Positions 20,399-30,780 of a stretch of DNA of 64,000 nucleotides are shown piece by piece. Source of the stretch: an uncultured Clostridia bacterium (GTDB lineage: Bacteria > Bacillota > Clostridia > Christensenellales > UBA1242); the NCBI GenBank assembly GCA_934772525.1, contig CAKVMI010000002.1, forward strand, positions 6,309-70,308, written 5' to 3'. A program made the position numbers and the translations under genes. Below the pieces are notes generated by a model. The model saw nothing but the letters and a program-made list of their open reading frames with translations. It searched no databases and was not told the origin of the DNA. The stretch's first letter is position 1, and every line of letters starts with the position of its first letter.

Positions 20399-20571
20399 TG
20401 GCATATAAAATTACCGATGCTTGTATTGCTTGCGGTGCATGTGCTGGCAACTGCCCAGTAGGTGCAATCACAATGGGAGATGGCAAGTTTGAAATTGACC
20501 CAGAAAAGTGCATTGCTTGTGGTCTATGCGCAAGTGTTTGCCCAGTTTCAGCGCCAAACCCTGCAGAGTAA
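20398..20571 (+). CDS. 2x[4Fe-4S] ferredoxin (57 aa; absent from the ORF track because under 60 aa)
   Basis: MAYKITDACIACGACAGNCP...CIACGLCASVCP: two CxxCxxCxxxCP motifs. ATG overlaps the PSP1 stop. Confidence 0.85.
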   Translation: MAYKITDACIACGACAGNCPVGAITMGDGKFEIDPEKCIACGLCASVCPVSAPNPAE

Positions 20572-20574
20572 TGT

Positions 20575-21222
20575 ATGAAAATGCTTAATCCAGAGCAAGT
20601 AGCAAAACAATTTGGATGGGAATTGGACTACCTAACAGATGGTAGCCCAATTTTTCAATGTGATAAATATTATACCTTTACAAGTGATAGCGTAAAACTC
20701 GCAAAGTTTGTAGATGAAGAAAATATAGATACACTTGTAGATTTTTGTAGTGGCAGTGGAATAGTTGGGTTGGAAATAATAGGTCGAATAAATACAAAGA
20801 ACTTAGTTCAGTTTGAAATTCAAAAAGAACTTGCCGAACTTTCGACCTATACCAATATGTTCAATAATGAAAAAACTAATATTGTTTTACATAATACCAG
20901 TTTGACCGATGCGAATAAGTATGTGCAAAATGTAGATTGCGTTTGCTGTAACCCACCATACTTTAAAAAGGGAAGTGGCAAAATTAATGAGCAGATTAGT
21001 AAATCAATTGCTCGTCATGAAATCTCGGTAACGTTAGAAGATATTATTGTAAGTGCAAAAAATATTTTAAAAACGGGTGGTTCACTATATTTTATTCATA
21101 TTATGGAAAGACAAAATGAATTGATAAAACTTGCAAAAAAATATCACTTTGAAGTTACAAAACAAGAAATTTTAGAAGGCAACAAACTAAGAAGATTTTT
21201 AATAAAACTTATTAAAAATTAG
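20575..21222 (+). CDS. Class I SAM-dependent methyltransferase, YabB/TrmN6-like (N6-adenine type)
   Basis: DFCSGSGIVG SAM motif and CCNPPYF (NPPY) catalytic motif. Synteny with Bacillus yaaT-yabA-yabB. Confidence 0.7.
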   Translation: MKMLNPEQVAKQFGWELDYLTDGSPIFQCDKYYTFTSDSVKLAKFVDEENIDTLVDFCSGSGIVGLEIIGRINTKNLVQFEIQKELAELSTYTNMFNNEKTNIVLHNTSLTDANKYVQNVDCVCCNPPYFKKGSGKINEQISKSIARHEISVTLEDIIVSAKNILKTGGSLYFIHIMERQNELIKLAKKYHFEVTKQEILEGNKLRRFLIKLIKN

Positions 21223-21252
21223 GTCTAATTTGTAGAAAATTTTTTCAACAAA

Positions 21253-21292
21253 AAATCTTACGAAATTTATATGATTTTGTAAGATTTTTGTA
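21253..21292 (+). terminator. Rho-independent terminator
   Basis: AAATCTTAC / GTAAGATTT stem followed by a T-run. Confidence 0.7.
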
Positions 21293-21571
21293 TTTTTAAT
21301 TATAAATAATCAATTTTTAGCCCAAAATTTGGCAGTTTTTGTTAAGTTTATCTCTTTTAGACTAATTATTCATCTAGAAAAGGCGAGCAAATTTTATACA
21401 GAAAAATAATTGCAATTTAGTGTAATATTTTATTAAAACCATTTCACCTTTTATATATTTCTGCCTAATAGTTTTCTAAAAATTTTCAATTTTTACACTC
21501 TAAAATTTTGAGTTGTTGAGTAAATTTTTAATTTTTAAAATTCATTTTTTAGTAGACTTTTACACTAATAT

Positions 21572-22078
21572 TTAACTAAATAATCTTACAAGTAAGCACG
21601 CACATATTGACCCTACAAAACACGCTATTATGCAAACGGGGATAATATAACGCATATTTTTAATGTTTATAGTGCTAAAGTAAACAGCAGTTACGTAAAA
21701 AATTGTATCACTCGCCCCAAGTACTACACTTGCACATCTGCCGACATAACTATCTGGACCATACTTTACAAATATATCTTTTACAATAGCAAGTGAACCG
21801 TTGCCCGAAAATGGTCGTAAAACTACAAGTTTAGAGAGTTCTACAGGTATGCCAACCAATTTAAGTATTGGTTCAGAAATTTTGCAAAGTATATCCGAAA
21901 TTCCACTTTTATCCATTAGTGTTACAAAAATAAAGATTGCACATAGGTAGGGAAGAATTGATATAACCAAATTAACCGCTTCTTTTGACCCTTTTACAAA
22001 ATAATCATAAGCGGGTATATTTTTTATAATGCAATAAATAAAAATAGTTACAAACAAAATGGGAATTACATAAATCAT
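21572..22078 (-). CDS. spmB: Spore maturation protein B-like (nucleoside-recognition/Gate-domain membrane protein)
   Basis: Polytopic membrane protein. Overlaps the upstream spmA-like gene by 4 nt; typical spmA-spmB pair sizes. Confidence 0.65.
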   Translation of the reverse strand: MIYVIPILFVTIFIYCIIKNIPAYDYFVKGSKEAVNLVISILPYLCAIFIFVTLMDKSGISDILCKISEPILKLVGIPVELSKLVVLRPFSGNGSLAIVKDIFVKYGPDSYVGRCASVVLGASDTIFYVTAVYFSTINIKNMRYIIPVCIIACFVGSICACLLVRLFS

Positions 22079-22665
22079 ACTTTTTCCTTTCTCTTTGCTC
22101 TAAATTTTGATACGCGTTCTAGAATTTTTGCAAGAACTACCCCAACTATTGTTGTGCAAAGCCCCGCGAGTATAGTAGGTAAAATTATGAATGACGCCGA
22201 CGTACTTCCGATTGCAACCATTAGTCCCATTACCGTTGTGGGTAAAAGTTGTACCCCAGAACTTGCAAATATAATTGTCATTATCATAGGAAAGGTTACA
22301 ATTCCCGTTTTGTTATCCATTTTTTCAATTGCTTTAATTCCAAATGGAACACTTGCCCCGCCGATTCCTAAAACGCTGGTAGAAAGTGAAAGTGATAGAT
22401 ATTTTTTTGCTTCGGGGTTCATATCTTTTTTGCCCCAGAGCCAATCTATTAACGGTGATAAAATTTTTGCTAAAAACAACGAAAGCTTTGTGTTTTCAAC
22501 AATTCCTAAAATACCAAGCCAAACCGCATAGATTGCAAGCAATTCAAATGATAACCTTAAAGCGTTGTTTGTTGCTCCAATTAGGTCGGGCAATATGCTT
22601 TCAGGACAAATAATTCCTAAAATTATACAAGAAATTGTACATACCATTAACCAAATTTTATTCAT
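22075..22665 (-). CDS. spmA: Spore maturation protein A-like (nucleoside-recognition domain membrane protein)
   Basis: Polytopic membrane protein with N-terminal MNKIW..; gene pair organisation. Confidence 0.65.
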   Translation of the reverse strand: MNKIWLMVCTISCIILGIICPESILPDLIGATNNALRLSFELLAIYAVWLGILGIVENTKLSLFLAKILSPLIDWLWGKKDMNPEAKKYLSLSLSTSVLGIGGASVPFGIKAIEKMDNKTGIVTFPMIMTIIFASSGVQLLPTTVMGLMVAIGSTSASFIILPTILAGLCTTIVGVVLAKILERVSKFRAKRKEKV

Positions 22666-22770
22666 ACTTAATTGTATTTTTGTAATTGTAAATTAATTAC
22701 TTAATGCAATTAAATTGACAAATTAGGCTAGTACCATTATAATCAATATGTAATTTTTTTGGAGCAAAAA

Positions 22771-23589
22771 ATGGATAGGATAGAATTAAACACCAATGGT
22801 ATAACTGAATATATGATTGATTCCCACGCTCATTTATCTGAGTTTGAAAATGCTGAGAATATAGCTAGAAATATGCAGACCGACAAATTGTGCAACATAA
22901 TAAATATGACGGGGTCAATCAAGAGTGTAAAAGATGCAGTAGAATTTAGTAAAATACACCACGAAGTTTATTATATGGTAGGGCTTCATCCATATGATAT
23001 AGAGAACTTTAATGATGAATTTGTCAGTTTTTTAACAGAACTTAGTAAAACGGATGACCATTTTGTAGGAATTGGAGAGATTGGGTTAGACTACCACGGC
23101 GAATATAAGGATAAGGAGCTACAAAAATATGTGTTTTTAGAACAAATTAAGTTGGCGGATAAATTAGCTCTTCCAATTTCTATGCATATAAGGGATGCAC
23201 ATGGTGACGCAATAATGTTATTAAATAATAACAAAAATTATTTAAAACACGGCGGAATAGTGCATTGTTTTAGCGGAACAGAAGAAGAAATGCAAAAGTA
23301 TTTGGCACTTGGTTTTCATATTTCTTTTTCGGGTTCGGTAACATTCAAAAAGAAAAGCGAGAGTGAATCTATTTTAGATAGATGTGCAAAACTATGTCCA
23401 CTAGATAAAATTTTGATAGAAACCGATTCTCCCTTTCTTTGCCCGGCGCCTTTTAGGGGTAATAGAAATGAGCCACGCTTTGTAGTGGAAACTGCAAGAT
23501 ATATTGCAAATTTAAGATGTATGGATGTAAATGATTTTATTAAAATTACAACAGCGAACGCTAAAAAATTAATAAAAAAATTTAAGTAA
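22771..23589 (+). CDS. tatD: TatD-family metal-dependent hydrolase/DNase
   Basis: DSHAHL, GEIGLDY, HCFSG, ETDSPF motifs. Start moved to ATG 22771 (GGAG 6 nt upstream). Confidence 0.85.
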   Translation: MDRIELNTNGITEYMIDSHAHLSEFENAENIARNMQTDKLCNIINMTGSIKSVKDAVEFSKIHHEVYYMVGLHPYDIENFNDEFVSFLTELSKTDDHFVGIGEIGLDYHGEYKDKELQKYVFLEQIKLADKLALPISMHIRDAHGDAIMLLNNNKNYLKHGGIVHCFSGTEEEMQKYLALGFHISFSGSVTFKKKSESESILDRCAKLCPLDKILIETDSPFLCPAPFRGNRNEPRFVVETARYIANLRCMDVNDFIKITTANAKKLIKKFK

Positions 23590-23753
23590 CAAGGTGGCTG
23601 TTACTTAAATTTAGATTTTCCTTCGTACTTTTGTTTTAAGTTTTGCTGGTGCAAAAACTTACGTACTTGTTTCTCATTTGTATGGTAATATTTTTGTTAA
23701 AGCAATGCATAATTATGTAAAAATTTTTAATATTTTTTGGAGAAATTTGACGA

Positions 23754-24605
23754 ATGCAAAAATCAACAAAATCAAAACCTTTTAATTCTCATGAATTTAA
23801 AAAATCACTTGGGCAAAATTTCATTAGTGATAAAAATTTACTTACAGCAATAGTAGGTGATGCCGAAATTTCTTCAACCGATATGGTTGTCGAAATTGGT
23901 GCAGGGGCTGGAACACTTACCGAAGTTATTGCAAGTAAATGTAAAAAATTAATCTCTTTTGAAGTTGATGAAAGTTTAAAAGAAGACCTTGCAAAAATTG
24001 AAGACGAACACAAAAACCTAAAGGTTGTGTTTAAAGATTTTTTAAAGGTGGAGCGAGATGAACTACTTCAATTATTTGAAGACGGTGAAAATGTTAAAAG
24101 CATTAAGGTAATTGCAAATATTCCATACTACATTACAACCCCAATTGTTTTTAAACTGCTAAATTGGTGTGGTTTGGTTAAAGATATTAGCATTATGGTT
24201 CAAAAAGAAGTTGGCGAAAGGATGGTTTCTGTTCCTAATAGTAAAACTTACGGTGCGTTGTCTGCAGTGGTTAATTATTATGGTAGGGCTACTATAAAAA
24301 GAGTAGTAAAAAAGCAAAATTTTTATCCAATGCCAAAGGTAGATTCGTGTATTGTGAATATTAAGGTCAGAGAAAATATAGACGAAAATTACGCTATTGG
24401 TGTTTCTAAATTTATTCAATCTTGTTTCTTTAATAGAAGAAAAACTCTTTGTAATAACCTAATGAGTGCATTATCTATTACTCGTGAAAGTGCAGAGTCT
24501 GCACTGAATCAATTATCACTTAATGCAAAAGTAAGAGCCGAAGAACTATCTAGCGAACAATTTGAGTTGTTGTATAAAGTTTTAAGCGGTTATAAAACTA
24601 AATAA
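23754..24605 (+). CDS. rsmA: 16S rRNA (adenine1518/1519-N6)-dimethyltransferase RsmA/KsgA
   Basis: KKSLGQNFISD, EIGAGAGTLT, NIPYYITTPI. Confidence 0.93.
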   Translation: MQKSTKSKPFNSHEFKKSLGQNFISDKNLLTAIVGDAEISSTDMVVEIGAGAGTLTEVIASKCKKLISFEVDESLKEDLAKIEDEHKNLKVVFKDFLKVERDELLQLFEDGENVKSIKVIANIPYYITTPIVFKLLNWCGLVKDISIMVQKEVGERMVSVPNSKTYGALSAVVNYYGRATIKRVVKKQNFYPMPKVDSCIVNIKVRENIDENYAIGVSKFIQSCFFNRRKTLCNNLMSALSITRESAESALNQLSLNAKVRAEELSSEQFELLYKVLSGYKTK

Positions 24606-24618
24606 ATTTTTAAGTTAA

Positions 24619-24645
24619 GCACTCGAAATATCGGGTGTTTTTTCT
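24619..24645 (+). terminator. Terminator after rsmA
   Basis: CACTCG / CGGGTG stem followed by T6. Confidence 0.65.
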
Positions 24646-24726
24646 TCCGAAAAGTATACGATTTAATTAAAAAAATGAATAATTTTCTCCAATTTGTCTA
24701 TTATTTTAGCAAAAAGGAAGTAAATT

Positions 24727-25674
24727 ATGTCAGAAAAGAGATTTATTGTTTTAGAAACGGTTGAAGTTATGAGCATAGAGCAAGGCTCGGTATATATAGA
24801 AAAAACATCCTTTGGTGTTGTTGTTATTGTTAATCTTTTTAATTTTGAGAATGGCAAAAATTATATAATCAGTTTGACTGATGCCGATGGGCATAATTAC
24901 ACACACCAATTTAATTCTAATTATATAAGTTTTTCGCTTGGTGGATTTATTATTCAAGATGACATATATGTAGAAATTTATAAAAACAATGAGTTGGTCT
25001 TAAGGGGATACTCAGAGTGTAAAAACGAGAATGACAACATAGAAGTTGATGGTAGTTTATGTGTGGCTAATGATTTTACCGATGATAGATTATCCGCAAG
25101 CGAATACGCCAAAGAAACTAATCAAACGGAGATTTTAGACGAAGCCCGTGCAATTTTGGAAAAGTATAAAAATTTAACTACTGCGACGCTAAATTCTAAA
25201 TTATGCACTAACGAAAATGTGGTGAATAATGGCAGTTCTAGTTCCGTTTCAGCTAAACAATTATTTAGTGATGAACTAACTGATAAACAAGTAGAGGATA
25301 CTTGCAACACTTGTAATTGTAGTGCAAGTGACAAAACTTTTTATGACACAATCAAAGACGAATTTGAGTTGCTTTTTAGTGCGGGTACAGACTTCCCGTT
25401 TTTATCTAAGCGTTTTGGTGGGGTATGGAAAAGGGTATCATCCCACGAAACGCTAATTCTAGCAAAGTTTTATAGCAAGCCCCAATTCCTTTTAAATACC
25501 GAACCTATGCCAGACATAGTAGCAATAGCAATGCCCATTTTGCTTTCAAATTCGCAAAAAAATCTTGGTATAAATTCCATAATTTATAAGGTCGATGAGT
25601 GTGGAGATTTTGCATATAACATATTATTTCAATACGCGACAGATGGAAAAGCAATCAAAATAAATTGTGATTAA
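24727..25674 (+). CDS. Hypothetical protein
   Basis: SD AAGGAAG upstream; 315 aa; no motif recognised. Confidence 0.55.
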   Translation: MSEKRFIVLETVEVMSIEQGSVYIEKTSFGVVVIVNLFNFENGKNYIISLTDADGHNYTHQFNSNYISFSLGGFIIQDDIYVEIYKNNELVLRGYSECKNENDNIEVDGSLCVANDFTDDRLSASEYAKETNQTEILDEARAILEKYKNLTTATLNSKLCTNENVVNNGSSSSVSAKQLFSDELTDKQVEDTCNTCNCSASDKTFYDTIKDEFELLFSAGTDFPFLSKRFGGVWKRVSSHETLILAKFYSKPQFLLNTEPMPDIVAIAMPILLSNSQKNLGINSIIYKVDECGDFAYNILFQYATDGKAIKINCD

Positions 25675-25769
25675 AATAATAGGAAATAGTTGTTGACTTT
25701 ATTAATTAAATTGTTGTAAAATAATTAAGTGAATATAAATAATTTTTCATTAGAAAAAGGGGAATATGC

Positions 25770-27026
25770 ATGTTTAAAAAAGTTATTAAGTCTATAAGTT
25801 TGGTACTTGCAGTATTTTTATGTGTCGCAATCTTTACTGGTTGTTCGCAAAAAGTTTCAAACTTTTCAACCGAAGGGGTTTCTAGTAATGGTAAAATAGG
25901 GGCAGTAAAAGGCGAATATATCTATTATGTTAATCGTATAACATCAGATAGAACACTTACCGGTTCTAGTGTAGACCCTATGGGTATATATAAATCAAAA
26001 ATTGATGGAAATGGCAATCTAACTGGCGAAGCGGAACTAGTTTATTCAGCACTTGCTGGTTACGCCGATGGCGAAATATATGTTTTTGGTGACTATATCT
26101 ATTTTTCTACACCAGCGCAAGTTACTTCCGCTAGTGCTACCAAACTTGTAAAGAGAGTAAGTTTTGCACGTGTTGGAATAGATGGTAAGCATTTTGAAGT
26201 TTTGTATACAACTGAAACTGAAGGCACTCCAACATATAGTTATTACAAAACTAATGATTGCTTGTATTTGGTTGTTTACGAAAATAAAACTTTGTATTCA
26301 ATCAATATGAAAACTCTAAAAAATGAAGTTTTGGCGGAAGAAGTTCAAAGTGTCGCACTTTCTTCATCTTGCGGTGAAGGTAGCGGAGCAGATACAAAAA
26401 TATTCTATTCATTAACCCCTAGCGAAAATTTTGTTACTCAAAGCGGTCAAAATATTTATAGCGTAAATCCAGATGGTTCAGATAATATCATTATCTCTGC
26501 GGGTAGCGATGTTACACTAAAACAAGTTAGCGGTGGATATTTGTATTATGTACTAGATAAAGATTTATACAGAACATCTGCAGTTGCAGGGCTTGGTACT
26601 GGCGAAAAAATTTACTATACAGTTCCAGATAGTTTCACTATTCTTTCAGATGGCACACTACTTATTAAGGATACTACCAACTCTATGTTTAGAAGTACCG
26701 GTTGGATAAATGGTGAATTAAAATATCAAAAGGTGTTAGCATCAACCGATTATGATTTCTTGTTTGAAAATAACGGCTACGCTTACTTTAAGTACACAAA
26801 GAGTGGTTCTAAGTCTGATGAACAAGTAATTTCAAGAATTTCTCTAACTGACACTAGTGCAAAACTAGAAAAAGTAACCGAAGAGCAAGCAGTAAAAGCC
26901 GGTTCATTTATGAATTGGGAAGTAATAGGTAATACACTTTACTATTATACCGAAGAAGTTCAAACTACCGAAGACGGAAAATCTTTAACATATAGCGTAC
27001 TAAAAACATTAGTTCTAACTAAGTAA
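25770..27026 (+). CDS. Lipoprotein with beta-propeller-like repeats (DUF5050-like, tentative)
   Basis: Signal peptide plus lipobox IFTGC. Recurrent G(E/D/G)Y(I/L)YY(V/F) blades. Confidence 0.55.
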   Translation: MFKKVIKSISLVLAVFLCVAIFTGCSQKVSNFSTEGVSSNGKIGAVKGEYIYYVNRITSDRTLTGSSVDPMGIYKSKIDGNGNLTGEAELVYSALAGYADGEIYVFGDYIYFSTPAQVTSASATKLVKRVSFARVGIDGKHFEVLYTTETEGTPTYSYYKTNDCLYLVVYENKTLYSINMKTLKNEVLAEEVQSVALSSSCGEGSGADTKIFYSLTPSENFVTQSGQNIYSVNPDGSDNIIISAGSDVTLKQVSGGYLYYVLDKDLYRTSAVAGLGTGEKIYYTVPDSFTILSDGTLLIKDTTNSMFRSTGWINGELKYQKVLASTDYDFLFENNGYAYFKYTKSGSKSDEQVISRISLTDTSAKLEKVTEEQAVKAGSFMNWEVIGNTLYYYTEEVQTTEDGKSLTYSVLKTLVLTK

Positions 27027-27032
27027 TGTCTT

Positions 27033-27066
27033 AAAACTCTACCTAAAAAGGTAGAGTTTTATTATT
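27033..27066 (+). terminator. Rho-independent terminator
   Basis: AAAACTCTACC / GGTAGAGTTTT stem with U-run. Confidence 0.85.
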
Positions 27067-27187
27067 GTAAATTTCCATTTTGTACAATCGGCTTGAAATA
27101 TTTGTTTTTATAATTCGTCAAAATTGGACATAATATTTTTCATAAAACAAGTGACTAAATAAACACTATTGATAGGAGATTAATTAT

Positions 27188-28390
27188 ATGAAGAAGTTTC
27201 TATCAATAATTGTAATAATTTTGGCAGTAAGTATGGTTATGATGTTACCTTCAACCAAAGATTTGGTATTCTGCTATAAAAAAATATCAGAAGCAAATGA
27301 AGTAACTAGTAGTGAAAGTGTGAAGTCTGCACTAAATCTTCAAGCGAAGTCTAGTGTATTAATAGACGCAAAAAGCGGGAAGATTATGTATAGCGACAAC
27401 GCTGAAACACACTTGGCGCCAGCTAGTATGACAAAGGTGATTACTTTACTTCTTGTAATGGAAGAAATAGATAAAGGTAATTTATCACTAAATCAACAAG
27501 TTTTAATTAGTGAATATTCTGCAAGTCAAGAAGGTTCGGAGTGCTTTTTGGACGCAAACCAAAACTATAGCGTACAAGAATTAATAAAGTCGGTAGCGGT
27601 AGCGTCAGCAAATGATTCGTGTGTTGCTCTTGCTGAATGTGTTTCGGGTGATGAGAAATTATTTGTAAAAAAGATGAACGAAAAGGCACAACAATTAGGT
27701 ATGACTAACACAAATTTTGTTAATTGTACCGGGCTTGATACTGCAGGACACTACTCTTGTGCAAAGGACTTATGTATAGCACTAAAAGCACTTTCTAAAT
27801 ATAATCTTATTTCGGAATTAGAAAAAACATGGATGTACGATATGCAACACGCCAATGGTAGAGTTACATCACTTACAAACACTAACCGTTTAATTCGTAC
27901 AAACCCAGATATTTACATGGCGAAGACGGGGCATACAGATGACGCTGGTTACTGCATTGTAGGTTTTGGCAAACGTAATAATATGGAATTAATTGCTTGC
28001 GTTATGGGGCTAAATGATAGTAAAGTTCGTTTTGACGAAGAAACCAAGTTACTAAATTATGGTTTTACAAATTTTGAAAGTAAATTAGTAATTGCAAAAG
28101 ATACTCCAGTAGAAGCAATTGCAATTAAAAATGGTAAACAAAAACAAGTTGAAGTAGTTGCAAAAGATGATGTATATATGTTAGTAAATAAGAATGAACA
28201 ATTACCAGTTACAGAAAACAAAACCGAATTAACATTTACAAAATTGGATGCACCTATATCAAAATCTACTGTAGTTGGAAAACTTAGTGTAATTGTAAAT
28301 GGGGTAGAAGTTGGCTCAACCGAATTAGTAACTAGTTCAGATATAGAGAAAAATAATTACAAAGATTTAGTTTTACAATTATTAGGCTAA
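27188..28390 (+). CDS. D-alanyl-D-alanine carboxypeptidase (PBP5/DacB-type, S11)
   Basis: Signal/TM N-terminus, SMTK (SxxK), SANDS (SxN), KTGHT (KTG), PBP5 C-terminal domain. Confidence 0.88.
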   Translation: MKKFLSIIVIILAVSMVMMLPSTKDLVFCYKKISEANEVTSSESVKSALNLQAKSSVLIDAKSGKIMYSDNAETHLAPASMTKVITLLLVMEEIDKGNLSLNQQVLISEYSASQEGSECFLDANQNYSVQELIKSVAVASANDSCVALAECVSGDEKLFVKKMNEKAQQLGMTNTNFVNCTGLDTAGHYSCAKDLCIALKALSKYNLISELEKTWMYDMQHANGRVTSLTNTNRLIRTNPDIYMAKTGHTDDAGYCIVGFGKRNNMELIACVMGLNDSKVRFDEETKLLNYGFTNFESKLVIAKDTPVEAIAIKNGKQKQVEVVAKDDVYMLVNKNEQLPVTENKTELTFTKLDAPISKSTVVGKLSVIVNGVEVGSTELVTSSDIEKNNYKDLVLQLLG

Positions 28391-28405
28391 TATTATTAAG
28401 TTTAA

Positions 28406-28437
28406 AGGTAGGTAATTTTAGTTTACCTACCTTTTTG
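28406..28437 (+). terminator. Rho-independent terminator
   Basis: AGGTAGGTAA / TTACCTACCT stem followed by T5. Confidence 0.85.
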
Positions 28438-28497
28438 CTTTTAAATAATTTGACTTATTTCTCTATTAATTATATAATTTATATAGGAGATGTTTGT

Positions 28498-29184
28498 ATG
28501 CTAATTAGTTTATTCAGAGCAAATTTATCTTTCGGACAATTTATGGCTATACTTGTGGCATACCTTGGGGTATTGCTTCTCAGTTTTTCAATGCATGAAT
28601 TTTCACATGCGTTTACGGCATACAAAAATGGTGACCCAACCGCAAAACTTTGTGGAAGAATGACGCTTAATCCGTTTGCCCACTTTAATTTATATGGCTT
28701 TGTGTGTCTTATAATATTTGGTTTTGGTTGGGCAAGCCCAGTACCTATAAATTATGAAAACCTTAAAAAGGGCAAGCGAAGTATGTTTGCTGTTGCAATT
28801 TCGGGTATTCTTAGCAATTTAATTTTGGCACTTATATTTACATTTGTTTATTCACTTATTGGTACATTTGCACCAATAGCACTTCAAAGTGATAGTTTTT
28901 GGACAATATTACTTCAATACTTTTTAATTTATGGAGTAGAAATTAATTTAAGTTTGGCATTCTTTAACTTGTTGCCATTCTACCCACTAGATGGTTATAG
29001 GGTTTTAGAACTTATACTAAAGCCAAATAGTAAATTTCTAGAATTTATGTATAAGTATTCAACAATCATTTTAATTTTGCTCTTAGGTTTTGGAATTATA
29101 AATATACTTATGCAATATTTGTTAAACTTTATGGAAATAGGAATGCTTACCATGTGGACTAGTTTATTTGATTTGTTTAGATAG
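28498..29184 (+). CDS. Site-2 protease family (M50-like) membrane metalloprotease
   Basis: HEFSHAF HExxH inside a TM helix, later LLPFYPLDG. Start moved to ATG 28498 (AGGAGA upstream); the longer ORF would run through the terminator. Confidence 0.8.
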   Translation: MLISLFRANLSFGQFMAILVAYLGVLLLSFSMHEFSHAFTAYKNGDPTAKLCGRMTLNPFAHFNLYGFVCLIIFGFGWASPVPINYENLKKGKRSMFAVAISGILSNLILALIFTFVYSLIGTFAPIALQSDSFWTILLQYFLIYGVEINLSLAFFNLLPFYPLDGYRVLELILKPNSKFLEFMYKYSTIILILLLGFGIINILMQYLLNFMEIGMLTMWTSLFDLFR

Positions 29185-29194
29185 GAGAATTTTT

Positions 29195-30004
29195 GTGGAA
29201 CAGGTAGAAGTACAATCTAACGAAGACTTAGAAAAATTAGGGATAGTTACCGAAGAAACGGATGAATCGGAAGAAATGTCGGAAAATGCATATAGCATAA
29301 AACTTGATAAATTTGAAGGTCCGTTAGATTTATTGTTGCATTTAATTAAAGAAGCAAAGATAGACATTAAAGATATTTTTGTTTCTACAATTACCGAGCA
29401 ATTTTTAGATTATATTAGCCAAATGGAAGAAATGCCGGTAGAAAAAGTTGGCGATTTTATTGAAATGGCGGCAACCTTAATAGAAATAAAATCAAGAAAA
29501 CTTCTTCCTCCTCCACCAAAAGAAGATGAAGAAGACGAAGAAGACCCAGAGAAAAAGTTAATTCGTCAAATTGAAGAGTATAAACTATTTAAAGAGCAAT
29601 CGGAAGTACTAAAACAATTTGAAGATATTGATAGTTTGTATAAAGACCCCGAGCCACTAGCAAATGGTTATAGATATGAATTAAAAGATTTTAGCTTTGA
29701 TAAACTGTTAGACGCATTTGCTATGATAATGCATAAAATTGAAGAAAAAGCCGAAGTTCCAGAAGCAAAGCAAATAGCAAAAGATAGATTTACAGTAGCA
29801 CAAAAAATAGCGGATATTAAGGATAAACTCCTAACTTCAGATAAAATTAAGTTTAGTGAACTATATTCGCTAGATTACAGCAAAAGCGAAGTAATAAACA
29901 CATTTTTGGCGTTATTAGAACTATTAAAAACACAAATAATAAAAGTTATTCAACCAGATACTTTTGGGGAAATATTTATAGAAAAACAAGGCGGTGAAAT
30001 GTAA
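29195..30004 (+). CDS. scpA: Segregation and condensation protein A (kleisin ScpA)
   Basis: FEGPLDLLLHLI, acidic linker, winged-helix C-terminus. GTG 29195 with AGGAGA 6 nt upstream. Confidence 0.9.
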   Translation: MEQVEVQSNEDLEKLGIVTEETDESEEMSENAYSIKLDKFEGPLDLLLHLIKEAKIDIKDIFVSTITEQFLDYISQMEEMPVEKVGDFIEMAATLIEIKSRKLLPPPPKEDEEDEEDPEKKLIRQIEEYKLFKEQSEVLKQFEDIDSLYKDPEPLANGYRYELKDFSFDKLLDAFAMIMHKIEEKAEVPEAKQIAKDRFTVAQKIADIKDKLLTSDKIKFSELYSLDYSKSEVINTFLALLELLKTQIIKVIQPDTFGEIFIEKQGGEM

Positions 30005-30728
30005 TATGGTAAATACCGATAAACTTGCACAAGTAGTTGAGTCTATTCTTTTTGTTGCGGGCGAAGCCGTAAACGAAAATGATATAATCTCAAAATTGGA
30101 AATAAAAAAGGAAGAACTTGAAGAAGCAATAGAAACATTGTCATTTAAGTATTCTTCTCCAAGCGGAATAATTTTAAAAAGATTTAATAACCATTTACAA
30201 CTAGCCACTTGCCCAGATTATGTAGAAGATATATCACTAGTACTAAACCCAATTAGAGAAAGAGCGTTGTCTAAGTCTACCATAGAAACACTTTCAATTA
30301 TAGCATACAAGCAACCAATTACTAGACTAGAGATTGAAGAAATTAGAGGTGTTTCGTGCGACTATGCCGTCAATATTTTAATGGAACACCATTTAATTGA
30401 GATTGTTGGTAAAAAAGATGTTGTGGGAAAACCTGTGTTATTCGGTACGACTGATGATTTTTTAAAACGCTTTAATCTTAATTCTATTGAAGATTTACCA
30501 GATAAGGAAAGTCTACTTGAAAGAATTAAAACCATTCGTGGAACGGATAGAGATCAATCATTGTATCGTCAATTCGATATTTCGGATGAAGAGATTGTTC
30601 CAGAGAAGATTAGAGAACAACAGGAAGCCGAAAAACAAAAAATTGCCGACTTTATTGAAAGTGAAAAAGCAAGCGTTGGTATGGAATCTGACAAAAATAG
30701 TTCTTCAAACAACGCAGATTTTGTTTAA
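29994..30728 (+). CDS. scpB: Segregation and condensation protein B (ScpB) with acidic C-terminal extension
   Basis: VESILFVAGE, IAYKQPITRLEIEEIRGV, GKPVLFGTT. Start is 29994 or 30006. Confidence 0.9.
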   Translation: MKCNMVNTDKLAQVVESILFVAGEAVNENDIISKLEIKKEELEEAIETLSFKYSSPSGIILKRFNNHLQLATCPDYVEDISLVLNPIRERALSKSTIETLSIIAYKQPITRLEIEEIRGVSCDYAVNILMEHHLIEIVGKKDVVGKPVLFGTTDDFLKRFNLNSIEDLPDKESLLERIKTIRGTDRDQSLYRQFDISDEEIVPEKIREQQEAEKQKIADFIESEKASVGMESDKNSSSNNADFV

Positions 30729-30780
30729 ATAATTTAACATATGAATAATTTAATATAAAAAAATAGACACTATTTGTATT

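Noticed and set aside
28435-28497. Longer N-termini proposed by the ORF track (28435, 47525, 58992, 10262, 22759, 29168, 36046, 46753, 1249)
   Set aside because: The extensions use TTG/GTG or SD-less ATG codons. They run through terminators or promoters, and each case has an internal start with a good SD at the proper spacing.
30487-30732. 81-aa alternative-frame ORF overlapping the scpB 3' end
   Set aside because: No SD. The K/R-rich product arises from frame-shifted reading of an acidic, A-rich coding region.
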